DNA of 63,952 bases, filler included, from Octopus bimaculoides (taxonomy: Eukaryota), in assembly GCF_001194135.2 (NCBI RefSeq). It is 7 parts of 7 records of this genome, joined end to end, with 100 filler letters (N's around TTAATTAATTAA, not from the genome) between each part and the next. Parts side by side here need not be neighbours in the genome. Positions count along the whole stretch, not along the records: positions 51,218 to 55,571 come from NC_069005.1; positions 55,672 to 61,427 come from NC_069008.1; positions 61,528 to 63,952 come from NW_026311300.1; 4 more parts are not named here. One strand, 5' to 3'. The translations under genes were made by a program, and so were the position numbers. The notes below the pieces were generated by a model that saw only the letters and a list, made by a program, of their open reading frames with translations, made no database searches and had not been told where the DNA came from. The stretch's first letter is position 1. Each line of letters opens with the position of its first letter. Of the stretch, positions 51,318 through 63,952 are shown in pieces.

Positions 51318-52037
51318 CGCACACACACAAATACATATATATGCATATATACGTGTGTGTGTGTGTGTGTGCTTCATCTAGGAAGCGTGCCTGAGAATAA
51401 AAAAGTAAATGCTTTTACATGCAGATGTTTGCAAATTTTTTTACAACCGTTGCACAAACAAACCGCCTGGGTAATTTCGTTAATTAATATTCATCACAAA
51501 CAAATCAATCAATTGATATGCAGATATGTAGATTCAGTGTTTGTCACTCAAATCGTTTTCTTTATACGCAGTTGCAATTACTTTGAGGCTTCCCCTATGC
51601 GCATGCCTATATTCATAACAGTCTACGACTATTTCTCTCTATGTGTGGTAGTTTAGAGACACATCTGTCTCTTTCTCAAGAGATTTATCTGTAGATTTAT
51701 CTGCCTCTCAATTACTATTTGCAGACTTTTCAATTAGAAAGACGAATTTAAACTTTTCGTGATAAATGAAATATTCTAATTAACATTAAGAAAACATCGA
51801 ATAATAATTGATTAAAAATTCATAAAATTTAAAACTTAAGAACTTTCACACTTATAAATTTAAAGGTGTAATAAAAACAATGAAACTAATTAGAAGAACG
51901 ATGATTATTATTATCATTATTATTATACTTATTGTTATCATTATTAACATGCTCATTATTATAACTACTATTATCATTATTTTTATCATTATTATTATTA
52001 TTATTGTTCAGTAGTTTTATTTTTATANNNNNNNNNN

Positions 52038-52080
<43 letters not shown>

Positions 52081-52244
52081 GGAAAAGCAGTTGGGAAAAT
52101 ATAATAATTAGGAACGGGTATATAAGTAGGTTCGATTCAGCAACAAAGGAAAGAACAAATGTACACGTATACATGAAGCTGAAAATAGAGGAATTAAATT
52201 AAATGGAAAATAAATATGCATATCATAAATATGTACGTTGTACT

Positions 52245-52289
<45 letters not shown>

Positions 52290-53449
52290 GGTAGATAGAA
52301 AGATAGATAGATAGATAGATGCATATAGATGCATATAGATGCATATATGAGTACAGGACGTCACCAGCAGTAAACAACATGAAATTCGAAAACAAATGAG
52401 TTAAATTCGCAAACAACGAGAGAAAGAAGTGGAAAACAGGACAAGTAATACAAGGAATACAGAGAACTACCCTTCATCAGTGGTTAGCTGTCTACCCCCC
52501 CCCCCACTCCCCCAATTCGAGCAATCAACGACAATATGAGTCTTCGAAAACAATTGCTCGCATAAATACCAAAATCAAATTTTGGATTTATGAAAGGTCA
52601 AAGCTGGAAACAAAAACAGGATATCGGAGACATACAAGGAAACCGAACCAAAACAAACACGGAGGGTCGTTAGATCAGACGAGGGGAAAATACCGAACGC
52701 TGAGAGAAATATTTTCTTTGAAAAGAGAAAAGATAGAAGAGAGAGGCATAGGAGACGTCCAGTCAATAGAACGTCCGTGCAGGAAAAGATGTTCACGTAA
52801 GGAAAAGAAAGATGGACGATGGTCACGTGTGAAGGACGAGGGAGAGAAAAAAGAGTAAGAGGGGAGAGAGAGACAGATAGAAAACGTTGAAAGGGAGAAA
52901 AAGAGAATTAGAGAAGGATGGGGGAATAGATATATACATATACACATACATACATATGTATTTTATATATACGTGTGTGTGTATTATAAGTATTTGTGAT
53001 CGTGTTGGGAGTACATTCCAGCACAACTGGAAAGCTGAAGTTGGCTCGCTTAACGATAGAAAAATAGGTAAACTTGTCCATCTGTTCGGCAAAATTCTTC
53101 AACGCGGTGCCCCCAAATGGCTGCAAGTCCTATGACCTAAACGAATAATCGATAAATGCTAAAACTCTACATAATAAATATATCCTCTGGTTATTCATTC
53201 CAGTTGCTACAAATCCCTTTGTTAATTATTATCGCAAAATTTATTATGATTTATTGACAATTTTGATTTCTAAATTTTTTTAACTTGAATTTTTTTAATC
53301 ATTTATTGTTAGTTACATTGTTGATTATAACGGTAGATATATCACGAAAATTCTGCATGCATCTTATAATTCTGAAATTTTACTGCAGACAATTAAGTAC
53401 GTATTAACAGACATGCAGACAAATTTACACACATCTAGAAAGTAATTCT

Positions 53450-53488
53450 GGAATACATACATAATGCATGCATACATACATACATATA

Positions 53489-53522
<34 letters not shown>

Positions 53523-53545
53523 CATACTCAAACAGACAAACAGAC

Positions 53546-53589
<44 letters not shown>

Positions 53590-53700
53590 TGATAGATAGA
53601 TAGATAGGTAGACAGGTAGGTAGGTAGGTAGATAGATAGATAGATAGATGGATGAATGGATGGATAGAGAGACAAACAGACAGGCAGACTGGCAGACAGA
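53450..53700. repeat. (CATA)(GATA)(GGTA)(GACA) microsatellites
   Basis: Direct reading. Confidence 0.9.
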
Positions 53701-55141
53701 CATGTTCATCGACGTTATGTGAAAAGATATACGAAGAATTTATATCCATAGACTGAGCGCCACGCATCCGTTTCCAAGTGAGTTTAATCTTAGAAATATA
53801 TATATAGATGCATATACATTGGAGGCAACTATATATGCACACACAGACACACATACACAAGCACACACTCACACTCACACACACACATTAATATATGCAT
53901 GTATGCCGGAATCCCCACCGTCAGATGACGAATGACGGTTCGTCAATTCCTTGTTGAACAACCACATAAATGATTTGTTTATAGTGATCAAATGTGTGTG
54001 TACCCATAACCTCACTCCCTCCATCACACCGATATTACCTGTACAGGTGAAACATGTGAGACATGCCACATGACGAAATAATTTCAGAGCAACGTGAAAT
54101 GAAGTGCTTTGCCCAAGAACACAACGCAACGCCCGCTCTTAGAATCGAACCCACGATTTCAAAATCGTGAGAGCAACACCCTAGGCATTAAGCCATGTGC
54201 CTTCATGCGTGTATATATATNNNNNNNNNNNNNNNNNNNNNNNNNNNNNNNNNNNNNNNNNNNNNNNNNNNNNNNNNNNNNNNNNNNNNNNNNNNNNNNN
54301 NNNNNNNNNNNNNNNNNNNNNNNNNNNNNNNNNNNNNNNNNNNNNNNNNNNNNNNNNNNNNNNNNNNNNNNNNNNNNNNNNNNNNNNNNNNNNNNNNNNN
54401 NNNNNNNNNNNNNNNNNNNNNNNNNNNNNNNNNNNNNNNNNNNNNNNNNNNNNNNNNNNNNNNNNNNNNNNNNNNNNNNNNNNNNNNNNNNNNNNNNNNN
54501 NNNNNNNNNNNNNNNNNNNNNNNNNNNNNNNNNNNNNNNNNNNNNNNNNNNNNNNNNNNNNNNNNNNNNNNNNNNNNNNNNNNNNNNNNNNNNNNNNNNN
54601 NNNNNNNNNNNNNNNNNNNNNNNNNNNNNNNNNNNNNNNNNNNNNNNNNNNNNNNNNNNNNNNNNNNNNNNNNNNNNNNNNNNNNNNNNNNNNNNNNNNN
54701 NNNNNNNNNNNNNNNNNNNNNNNNNNNNNNNNNNNNNNNNNNNNNNNNNNNNNNNNNNNNNNNNNNNNNNNNNNNNNNNNNNNNNNNNNNNNNNNNNNNN
54801 NNNNNNNNNNNNNNNNNNNNNNNNNNNNNNNNNNNNNNNNNNNNNNNNNNNNNNNNNNNNNNNNNNNNNNNNNNNNNNNNNNNNNNNNNNNNNNNNNNNN
54901 NNNNNNNNNNNNNNNNNNNNNNNNNNNNNNNNNNNNNNNNNNNNNNNNNNNNNNNNNNNNNNNNNNNNNNNNNNNNNNNNNNNNNNNNNNNNNNNNNNNN
55001 NNNNNNNNNNNNNNNNNNNNNNNNNNNNNNNNNNNNNNNNNNNNNNNNNNNNNNNNNNNNNNNNNNNNNNNNNNNNNNNNNNNNNNNNNNNNNNNNNNNN
55101 NNNNNNNNNNNNNNNNNNNNNNNNNNNNNNNNNNNNNNNNN

Positions 55142-55172
<31 letters not shown>

Positions 55173-55739
55173 AATACATGCATTATATATACATATATAT
55201 TTACATATATACATGCACACATAGACACACACACACATACACGTATGAATATATATATATAAGTATGTATATATATATATATTTACATATATATATTCTC
55301 ATCCCTGCAAATCTATTTTCGCCTTGAGCGACGTTTCATAGTTTGATAATGCGGCAAAATGGCCGCAACGCTCGTTCGCAATTCCCGATCCGTTCCACCA
55401 TAATAACGTAATACTCATTCGAAGAATATTAGGGAATGGAGGAGATATATACATATACACCCACATATAAATACACCTACATATAAATGCAGACGTCTCT
55501 GCATACTTATACGTTTGGACGTATATATATATATATATACATACATACTACTTAGTTATACAGATATATATNNNNNNNNNNNNNNNNNNNNNNNNNNNNN
55601 NNNNNNNNNNNNNNNTTAATTAATTAANNNNNNNNNNNNNNNNNNNNNNNNNNNNNNNNNNNNNNNNNNNNGGGGGGGGGGACAAACACACAAACACATA
55701 CACACACATACATATCATGATATACATCTATATATATAT

Positions 55740-55945
55740 ACAACAAGCTTCTTTCAGTTTCCGTCTACTAAATTCACTCAAAAGGCTTTGGTCAGCCCAA
55801 GGCTATAATAAAAGACACTTACTCAAGGTGCCATGCAGTGGGACTGAACCTGGAACTATGTGGTGGGGAAGCAAGGTACTTTATTTCATAAATATTTGCC
55901 ATAAAGACATTACAAAGAGGTACCACACAGCCACTCCTGCACCTA
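55740..55945 (-). mobile_element. SINE family B 5' half
   Basis: gcttctttcagtttccgtctact...agtgggactgaacctggaac...accacacagccactcctgca. Confidence 0.82.
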
Positions 55946-56036
55946 TTGTATAAGCTTTTAAAATAGTCAAATGAGGAAAAAATTAACAAAGGCAAAAGTT
56001 ATAAGTTTATATACTGCAGGTTAATGACATCACCTG

Positions 56037-56535
56037 TGGAGGTGCATGGCTTAGCAGTTAGAGTGTTGGACTCATGATAGTAAGATCGTAGTTTCAATTC
56101 CTGCACTGGGCAACGCATTGTGTTTTTGAGCAAAACACTTCATTTCATCTCTCTGCAGTCCACTCAGTCGGTAAGAATAAGTAACCTAGCAACAGACAGG
56201 TGTCCCGTCAAGGTGGGGAATAAATACGCCATGGAACTAGGAAGCTGGCCATTATGACTTAGCATGGCTCGAGAAATTAAGGAAGGAAGGTGGAGTCTCA
56301 GTTAGACGAGGCACATGGATAAGTGGTTAGAGTGTTGGACTCATGATAGTAAGGTAGTGGTTTCAATTCCTGGACTGGGCGACGCATTGTGTTCTTGAGC
56401 AAGACACTTTGTTTCACATTGCTCCAGTCCACTCAGCTGGCAAAAATGAATGGTCCTGCATTGGACAGGGGTCCTGTCCAGGCGGGGAATATTTATACCA
56501 TGAAAGCAGTCCTTATGAGTCAATATGGCTCAAGA
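56037..56535 (+). mobile_element. Two tandem SINE family C copies (~56037-56250 and ~56317-56535)
   Basis: Both contain gttagagtgttggactcatgatagtaag...gtttcaattcctg.actggg...ttgagcaa.acactt. Confidence 0.85.
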
Positions 56536-56859
56536 ACATAGCTTTACTTACCTTTTAATTACTTCCCTGTGCCTGATGCGGTCTTATCTTAATAACCATC
56601 ACTAGTTTTATCAGCTATAACATAATTACTACTGTAGATAAAAACTAGCATGTTGAGTATATTTCCTCAATGCCCCTTAAAGCTTAACGTCCCCTTTTAC
56701 ATGCCTAGTGCCCCCTTGGGGACAGTATTACATACACTGAGGGCCTTTGCTATAAATTAATCATCTGTGGAGGTTGTTCAGAAAGGAATTGCAGAACCCT
56801 GGCCCATCATTAGGTGATGGGTGAATCCACAATAATAATACATACGTGTGTGTGGGGGG

Positions 56860-57085
56860 GGGGCATGTGGGTGTGTTTGTCCTTCCTCCACCACTTGACA
56901 AACAATACTGATTTGTTTATGTCCCCGTAACTTAGTAGTTCAGCAAAAGCAACTTCTACAATAAGTAGCAGACTTTAAATTTTAAAAAAATAATAAATAA
57001 TTACTTAGGTTGATTTGCTCGACTAAAACTGTTCTAGGCGGTGCCCCAGTATGGCCACAGTTCAATGGCTGAAACAAGTAAAAGA
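56860..57085 (+). mobile_element. SINE family B 3' domain
   Basis: gtccccgtaacttag...gatttgctcgactaaa...ggcggtgccccagtatggcc...gaaacaagtaaaaga. Confidence 0.8.
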
Positions 57086-58199
57086 TGGACACTGCAAGAC
57101 AGTTTTCCTGTCTCTTTACCTCTTATTGTATTAGCATCATCCAGTGCAAAGGGCCACTGACATCTTGTATTAGTTTATATTTGGGGTTACAAGCAGGGCC
57201 CTATTCTGCTGTAGATGCAATCCATTTCCAATGGAAAGGACTATGTTACATGAAATGAAGTCCCTTGTCTAAGGACACAACATGCCAGCTACTCTAGGAA
57301 TTGAACCCATGTCTTGGTAATCACAAGGCCACACACTTTTACATTTTACCAACACAAAGCTGGTGCAGATTTCAGGGACCTTGAGGCAGATAAGCCATCA
57401 AACCATAAGGACTCCACGACATGTGCAATCCTTGTTGACTCAATGGTGTTGAGAGCTATGCCAGCCGAGTGCAAGCTCGTGAGGGGCCTTCGATGCTGGA
57501 CAGGTCAAAGAATAGAGGCAAGACAAATATGGACCACCTCTTTCTGGAGGAGAAATTGTGTTTGCGTAGGGCCAAGACTCCTACCTAGAATAAAGGAAAG
57601 CATCAATGGCGATTCAAAGCTGACCCGAGATCTGAGAGAGAAGGCTTTCCCTCGATGAAACATGTGACATGCTATAGCAAAATCCAAACAGGAAAAAGCA
57701 GGAATTCAACTGGAGAGAAGTAGAAATAAAAAGCCTTGAGTCTGAACAGTGAAGAAAAATCATCGCTGATTGCCAAAGATCCACAATGAGCAAAGCTACT
57801 AAAGTATTGTTAAGCCTTTTATATCAATGTCTCACAAACGTTCACTTAGTTACAACACGGACTTATTATGATAGCCATTAAAAAGCACATGTATGGATAT
57901 ATGAATATATAAGATTCAGTTGAATTAGGTTCTTAAGTTGAGGCACCAAGTCAGTTCGGTATCAAAAAGCAAATAAGAAACACTCCAAATTATAGTTGGA
58001 GTATTTTCCCCCTTCAGTTTATTCTGCTACAATAATAGCGACAAGCATATCATTCTTTTAGTCTCTAATTCTGACGAAATATTTGCTAAAAAAAGTTTTA
58101 ATGGAGTATCGTGTATGTTGAGAGCTTATATGGTATTATGCATCCAAAGAAGGCGGTGTTATTTCAGATTGATGTAATGCTTGCATTGTTCGATTCAAT

Positions 58200-58556
58200 G
58201 AAATCGGATGTAGAGGGTTTGTTGGACGCAGTGTGAGATGACTGTTGTTATTGTTAGGCCTAACTCACCGTAAAGTAAATACCACCATGACCGATATCCA
58301 AAGGCTAGCCACTGGGTTTGGTTAAAAAGAGACGATGAACGATGGCTAGAAGAATATTGAGGTTTGTTTGATAACCAGTTGCTCTAGCAAGTGGAGCCTC
58401 ATATCAGTGAGTGGGGCCGGTGCACATTGATGCAGTCGAGAGGTAGGCCCTGAAACGGCGCACATTCTCTCCTGATGACCCCATACACTTGCTGGCTTCT
58501 GGTATGCGGAGTTCTCAACTGGTAGCACTTGCATGTACAAGTTGCTTGCAAAACAT
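58200..58556 (+). mobile_element. 5'-truncated HERO/NeSL-like RLE fragment flanked by 65-bp direct repeats
   Basis: EIGCRGFVGRSVR*LLLLLG...KASHWVWLKRDDERW; 3' UTR homologous to 30660-30880; repeats at 58136-58200 and 58557-58621. Confidence 0.82.
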
Positions 58557-58854
58557 TTATGCATCCAAAGAAGGTGATGTTATTTCAAATTAATTTAATG
58601 CTGGCATTGTTCAATTAAATGGCGCCGCCTGAAACGGCCGAAATGCACTATAATACCTGGACATCCTTTGTTACTTATCTGCTTTGCATTTATATATCAT
58701 GAAAGAAATGGAAGATAAATTTCCAAGATTATATTCAGTATGATGATTGCTTCAACCCATTTACTAGTCACATGCGAAATACAGAAGGCAAGAACAACTT
58801 GCCGAGGACGTCTCCGTATATCTAGCATGAAATCCCCTTCTTTATGCATGATGC

Positions 58855-59240
58855 GTGTGGAGGCGCAATGGCCCAGTGGTTAGGGCAGCGGACTCGCAGT
58901 CATAGGATCGCGGTTTTGATTCCCAGACCGGGTGTTGTGAGTGTTTATTGAGTGAAAACACCTAAAGCTCCACGAGGCTCAGGCAGGGGATGGTGGCGGA
59001 CCCTGCCGTACTCTTCCACCACAACTTTCTCTCACTCTTACTTCCTGTTTCTGTTGTACCTCTAATTCAAAGGGGTCAGCCTTGTCACACTGTGTCACGC
59101 TGAATATCCCCGAGAACTACGTTAAGGGTACACGTGTCTGTGGAGTGCTCAGCCACTTGCACATTAATTTCATGAGCAGGCTGTTCTGTTGATTGGATCA
59201 ACTGGAACCTTCGACGTCGTAAGCGACGCAGTGCCAACAA
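58855..59240 (+). mobile_element. tRNA-derived SINE family D, full length
   Basis: Head tggaggcgcaatggcccagtggttagggcagcggactcg...gattccc; tail ...gtgccaacaac. Confidence 0.8.
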
Positions 59241-59544
59241 CATGCATGATGTGACACAAACTGCACAGATTGATGTAATACAATAAAATGCATAATATCC
59301 AACACATAAATGGACAGTTGCTGGATGGGTTGAAACGATCATCGTCCTGAATAAAGAATAGTGACCAGTGCCTAATTTATCTTCTGTTAACTTTATATAT
59401 TATTATCTCAACTAACACTACAGAATTCCTGATGTGGATCACACCAGGTAGCCTAAACCGTGGATAAGCTTTACTCAACACACTTACTGACATATCCGCA
59501 TTAGTCCAAAATATTATACATATACACATATATTCATTTTTTTA

Positions 59545-59783
59545 ATTTCTTATTTTATTCTTTTACTTGCTTCAGTCATTTGACTGTGGCCATGCTGGAG
59601 CACCACTTTTAGTCGAGCAAATCAACCATAGGACTTATTCTTTTTAAGCCTAGTATTTATTCTATTCTATCCAACTTGTTTGCTGAACTGCTAATTTAAA
59701 GGGATGTAAACACACCAGCATTGGTTGACAAGCAATGTTGGGGGGGGGGGCAAACACAGACACAAACATTTACATACACACAC

Positions 59784-59836
<53 letters not shown>

Positions 59837-60605
59837 CATATATATNNNNNNNNNNNNNNNNNNNNNNNNNNNNNNNNNNNNNNNNNNNNNNNNNNNNNNN
59901 NNNNNNNNNNNNNNNNNNNNNNNNNNNNNNNNNNNNNNNNNNNNNNNNNNNNNNNNNNNNNNNNNNNNNNNNNNNNNNNNNNNNNNNNNNNNNNNNNNNN
60001 NNNNNNNNNNNNNNNNNNNNNNNNNNNNNNNNNNNNNNNNNNNNNNNNNNNNNNNNNNNNNNNNNNNNNNNNNNNNNNNNNNNNNNNNNNNNNNNNNNNN
60101 NNNNNNNNNNNNNNNNNNNNNNNNNNNNNNNNNNNNNNNNNNNNNNNNNNNNNNNNNNNNNNNNNNNNNNNNNNNNNNNNNNNNNNNNNNNNNNNNNNNN
60201 NNNNNNNNNNNNNNNNNNNNNNNNNNNNNNNNNNNNNNNNNNNNNNNNNNNNNNNNNNNNNNNNNNNNNNNNNNNNNNNNNNNNNNNNNNNNNNNNATTT
60301 CTAGCGGGTAGATGTCCTATTATAGACATCTCTGCATTTTAAATGAATAATACATAGTCTATTGACTGTTTTTTTACTCTCGCTAGACCACTGGTGGTAA
60401 ATAAAATTTCTAAAATTTTTTTTGCTACACTATAATTTATTAATATATATATATATATATATATATAACAAGCTTCTTTCAGTTTCCATCTACCAAATCC
60501 ACTCACTAGGCTTTGGTCGGCCGAGGCTATAGTAGAAGACACTTGCCCAAGGTGCTATGCAGTGGGATTGAACCCAGAACTATGTGATTGGTAAGCAAAG
60601 CTACT
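59545..60605 (-). mobile_element. SINE family B pieces (~59545-59845 and ~60465-60605) on either side of an N-gap
   Basis: Match to other family B copies. Confidence 0.75.
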
Positions 60606-60924
60606 CATTATTGTTGTACTTCTTGATAGTATTGTATATATCTTGTTTGTCAAAATAGGGGTGAAAAGATCACCAAATAAATGTACAAGTACCATATGTA
60701 TTTTGGCGTTTTATAATATTAGTGTTTCGATATTATGGGGGAAAGAAAAAAGAAAAAAAAAACAGGCGAAAAGGAAACTCGGAGACGTCATCTGCATCGA
60801 AAAACAATAGTCAAGTCAATTCTAAAATATTTAATGGAGATAACATTAAAAATTTTAGCCAACTTTCTAATTTCTTCGTTCACACATACACAATAGCCAT
60901 TGGTTGGGTCTGTACAAGCTCCTA

Positions 60925-60925
60925 T

Positions 60926-60959
<34 letters not shown>

Positions 60960-61091
60960 GCTGCTGCTAACACTGCCATTACTATGGCTGATTATAGAAA
61001 TACTACTACTACTACTGCTACTACTGCCACCACCACCACCACTGCCACTGTCGCCACCACAGTTGCTACTGTAACAATTACCGTCACCATC

Positions 61092-61123
<32 letters not shown>

Positions 61124-61137
61124 TACAGCTGCTGCTG

Positions 61138-61180
<43 letters not shown>

Positions 61181-61229
61181 AGCAATAATGTACAAAACCA
61201 AAACAAAAAAAAGTCAACTACTGAAATAA

Positions 61230-61260
<31 letters not shown>

Positions 61261-61270
61261 AAGAAGACAA
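60925..61270. repeat. (CTA)/(CCA)/(GAA) triplet repeats
   Basis: Direct reading. Confidence 0.9.
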
Positions 61271-61527
61271 AGAAGAACAATAATGACAAATAAATAATAT
61301 GGAAGAAATAATTGCCAAAATTAAAAAGAAAACTTAAAAACAAAGCCAAACAAAAATATAGAAAAAAACATATAAAATAATATATTTGTATGTAGCTGTA
61401 TGTCCATTTTATAAATATATATATAGANNNNNNNNNNNNNNNNNNNNNNNNNNNNNNNNNNNNNNNNNNNNTTAATTAATTAANNNNNNNNNNNNNNNNN
61501 NNNNNNNNNNNNNNNNNNNNNNNNNNN

Positions 61528-63690
61528 GAACATGAATCAACATGACAGGGTTACTTATCAGCAAAACCAAAGGGGAAGATATCGAGAAAGATTTCAAAAT
61601 ATGAATGCTGGTGAAATTGACAATTTCAGGAGGCATCAGGTGCAGCGACAGCGTGTGAGAAGACATAGGTCAATGCTGAAGTGAGGTATTGTTAATGAAT
61701 TTGAAGAATTTAACATAGGAGAAATGAACATTATATGTGTATACTGAGTTGCGCTTAGGATTAGAAATGAAAATAACAGTTGTTGCCACAATGGAAAATG
61801 AACGTGCCTGCATATCGAGAGACACTAAAAAAATTATTTGAGGGAAGCGATCAAGAGTCTGTTTGATTCCGTAGAAATATCAGAAATTACAATTGTACCT
61901 TCTCCTTTGCGTCATTTGGAGTCAATCTGGCAGCACTTCCAGGAAGGGACCCATATTGCTTCCACATTCAGGGCGAAACTTACCACGCGACGACCACAAA
62001 ACTGCATCCTGCTAATGATCAACTGCAATACGGCCAGTTATACATCATTGATGCTGATGATGCTCTGCAGCACAGGATGGATGCGCCTCAAAATTCTGAG
62101 TGTTCCTCTGTTACTATGAGAAAAATAAGTAATGTTATCCACCAAATTAATCCTTATGCAGAATTGTACAAGAACATGCATGCAGGTAAACAAGGAGAGG
62201 AGAGAGTCAGAAGGGACAATGTGCCAAGTATTTCAGTAGAGGGTCCGATAATAGGCGCTAGAATTTCCACACGAGCAATGAAATAGCAGCAGTGGTTGCT
62301 GGAGAAAATGGTGCCTCTCCTGAAAATAGAGACATTATTGTGTATTTCAGAGATGCTCCTCCTGAAAAAATATCTTACACGTCATGTCATTTCGATCCTA
62401 TGCGCTACCCAATTTTGTTTCCCCATGGGGAATTTGGATGTGAGATGTAACATGTCGAGGAATGCCGAACACGTGTGCATAATCGTCTGACAATGTAAGA
62501 ATACTACAGCTATCGTCTGGCATTCAGTGGTGGGTTTAGTGTTATTCACAGAGCTGCTTCATGCCGGATGCCCTTACAGTTGCGTGATATGTTTGCTGCC
62601 CTGTGCACGTATATGAACCCTGCAGATGCTCTTCACATGTGGACCACCAACAAAGAATCTATGATTGAAGTTACACCTTGCAGCACCTATGAGGGACATA
62701 AAGGATAGACACATGTTTGGGGTGCCAGTGGCTCATGTCCATATCATTGAGTTTCAGAAGATAAGTATTCCGCACTAGCACATGATCGTAGTGTTGAAAA
62801 ACGAGAACAAACTCAGAAACAGCGATAACATTGGATCGTGTCATCTGAAATTCCTGATGCCAATGATGGTCCAGTCTTGCATGATCTAGTATTAAAAAAG
62901 TGCATGATACATGGTCCCTGCGGAACAGATAATCCTCCTTACACTTACAGAGATGAAACGCTCTTAAATTTGAATGGCTATGAAAAGTAAAGAAGACGCA
63001 ATACCTGAGTCACTGTTCAAGTTGTACGTAACTCAGTTGACAATAGGAACATTGTGTCGTACAATACCTACCTGCTGAAAAAGTACAGAGCTCACATTAA
63101 TGTAGAAATTTGTTCATCTGTGAAAAGCATTAAATATAACTTCAAGTACGTGTACAAGGGACATGAGTGTGCTTCTGTTGAAATAAGAGACAATCCAGCG
63201 GCAGATCGTGAGCAAAATCCAGCTCACGATGAAATTACTAATTATCTTGCTTTGCGATATATTTCTCCTCCGGAAGCTATGTGGAGACTGTCAGAGTTCA
63301 AACTACAGGACACATCTCACAGTGAGTCTTGACTTGCAGTACATCTTGAAGACCAGCAAAGAGTTTACTTTCACAGAGGCAGCGCTCAGCAAGATGCTCA
63401 GGCAGGGAGGGACCATGACACCACCGTTACTGCATGGTTCAAACTGAATGAGCATGATGATGATGATGCAAGGAACCACTTGTACCCTGATATTCCGCTG
63501 TGCTATGTGTTTAATGAGTGCACTAGAAATGGACATCAAGGCAAAGCAATACTAATATCATCTGTAGAATGTATACAGTGAGCCCTAGAGACACAGAAAC
63601 ATTTCCCTTTCGAATGTTGCTGCTGCATGTTTCAGGCGCCGTGACCTTCCAGGATTTGCGCACTATAGAAGGAGAAATCTTTTGCTGAGA
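61528..63690 (+). mobile_element. Decayed, rearranged Helitron RepHel pseudogene (zinc-binding region and HUH Rep domain; no helicase domain seen)
   Basis: IGEMNIIC...SCCHNGK; HIIEFQK(IS)IPH*HM (IEFQKRGLPHxH motif); MIHGPCG; HINVEICSSVKSIKYNFKYVYKGH; DEITNYLALRYISPPEAMWRL; RMLLLHVSGAVTFQDLRTIEG. Confidence 0.92.
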
Positions 63691-63885
63691 TAAGTGTCTC
63701 TGCTGCTTCTGGTACTGTGTATGCTGTTTCTCATTCATATTTTCTCATCTTATTTGTTGTCCCTTCCTATCTTGCTGCAGGTGTTCCTCGCGTTGTTCAC
63801 CCTCTATTGATGCTCGTCTCAGCTGCTGGTGTTGCCTGTCTCTCTAGGATTTCCTGCCTCTGCTCTTCCCTTATCCTATATATAT
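63690..63885 (-). mobile_element. Inverted Helitron N-terminal charged-repeat segment
   Basis: Minus strand EGEQREEHLQQDRKGQQIR*ENMNEKQHTQYQKQQRHLSQQ resembles the NMNQHDRVTYQQNQRGR repeats at 61530. Confidence 0.55.
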
Positions 63886-63914
63886 ATCATCCTTGAGTAT
63901 GATATATATATACG

Positions 63915-63952
<38 letters not shown>
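63915..63952. repeat. (GA)n microsatellite
   Basis: Direct reading. Confidence 0.95.

Overview
AT-rich, intron-like or intergenic animal DNA with about 21 N-gaps, dense microsatellites and many decayed transposons. The repeat families look coleoid-cephalopod/octopus-like; this is an inference from remembered family consensuses, not a database search. There is no CRISPR array or prokaryotic operon, and almost every ORF in the supplied track is a microsatellite or N-gap artefact. Supported content: an intact-looking tRNA-Gly(GCC) gene with a poly-T terminator, a full-length decayed 5S rRNA copy, several tRNA-derived SINE families, RTE, BovB-like RTE, CR1-like, R4/Dong-like and HERO-like LINE fragments, three mariner relics (one a fold-back), Tc1, Merlin, a scrambled Helitron, and a Penelope inverted pLTR pair with a hammerhead core. 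Host-gene traces are one well-spliced exon resembling GTF3C3 (TFIIIC subunit) and a pseudogenised ANKFY1/rabankyrin-5 FYVE fragment. The most speculative novel candidate is a phase-compatible chain of small minus-strand exons (11.4-13.3 kb) that would encode a 95-aa signal-peptide, single-TM protein with an intramembrane Asp. Also notable are RLE retroelements apparently targeting (CATA)n microsatellites and a HERO-like insertion flanked by 65-bp direct repeats.
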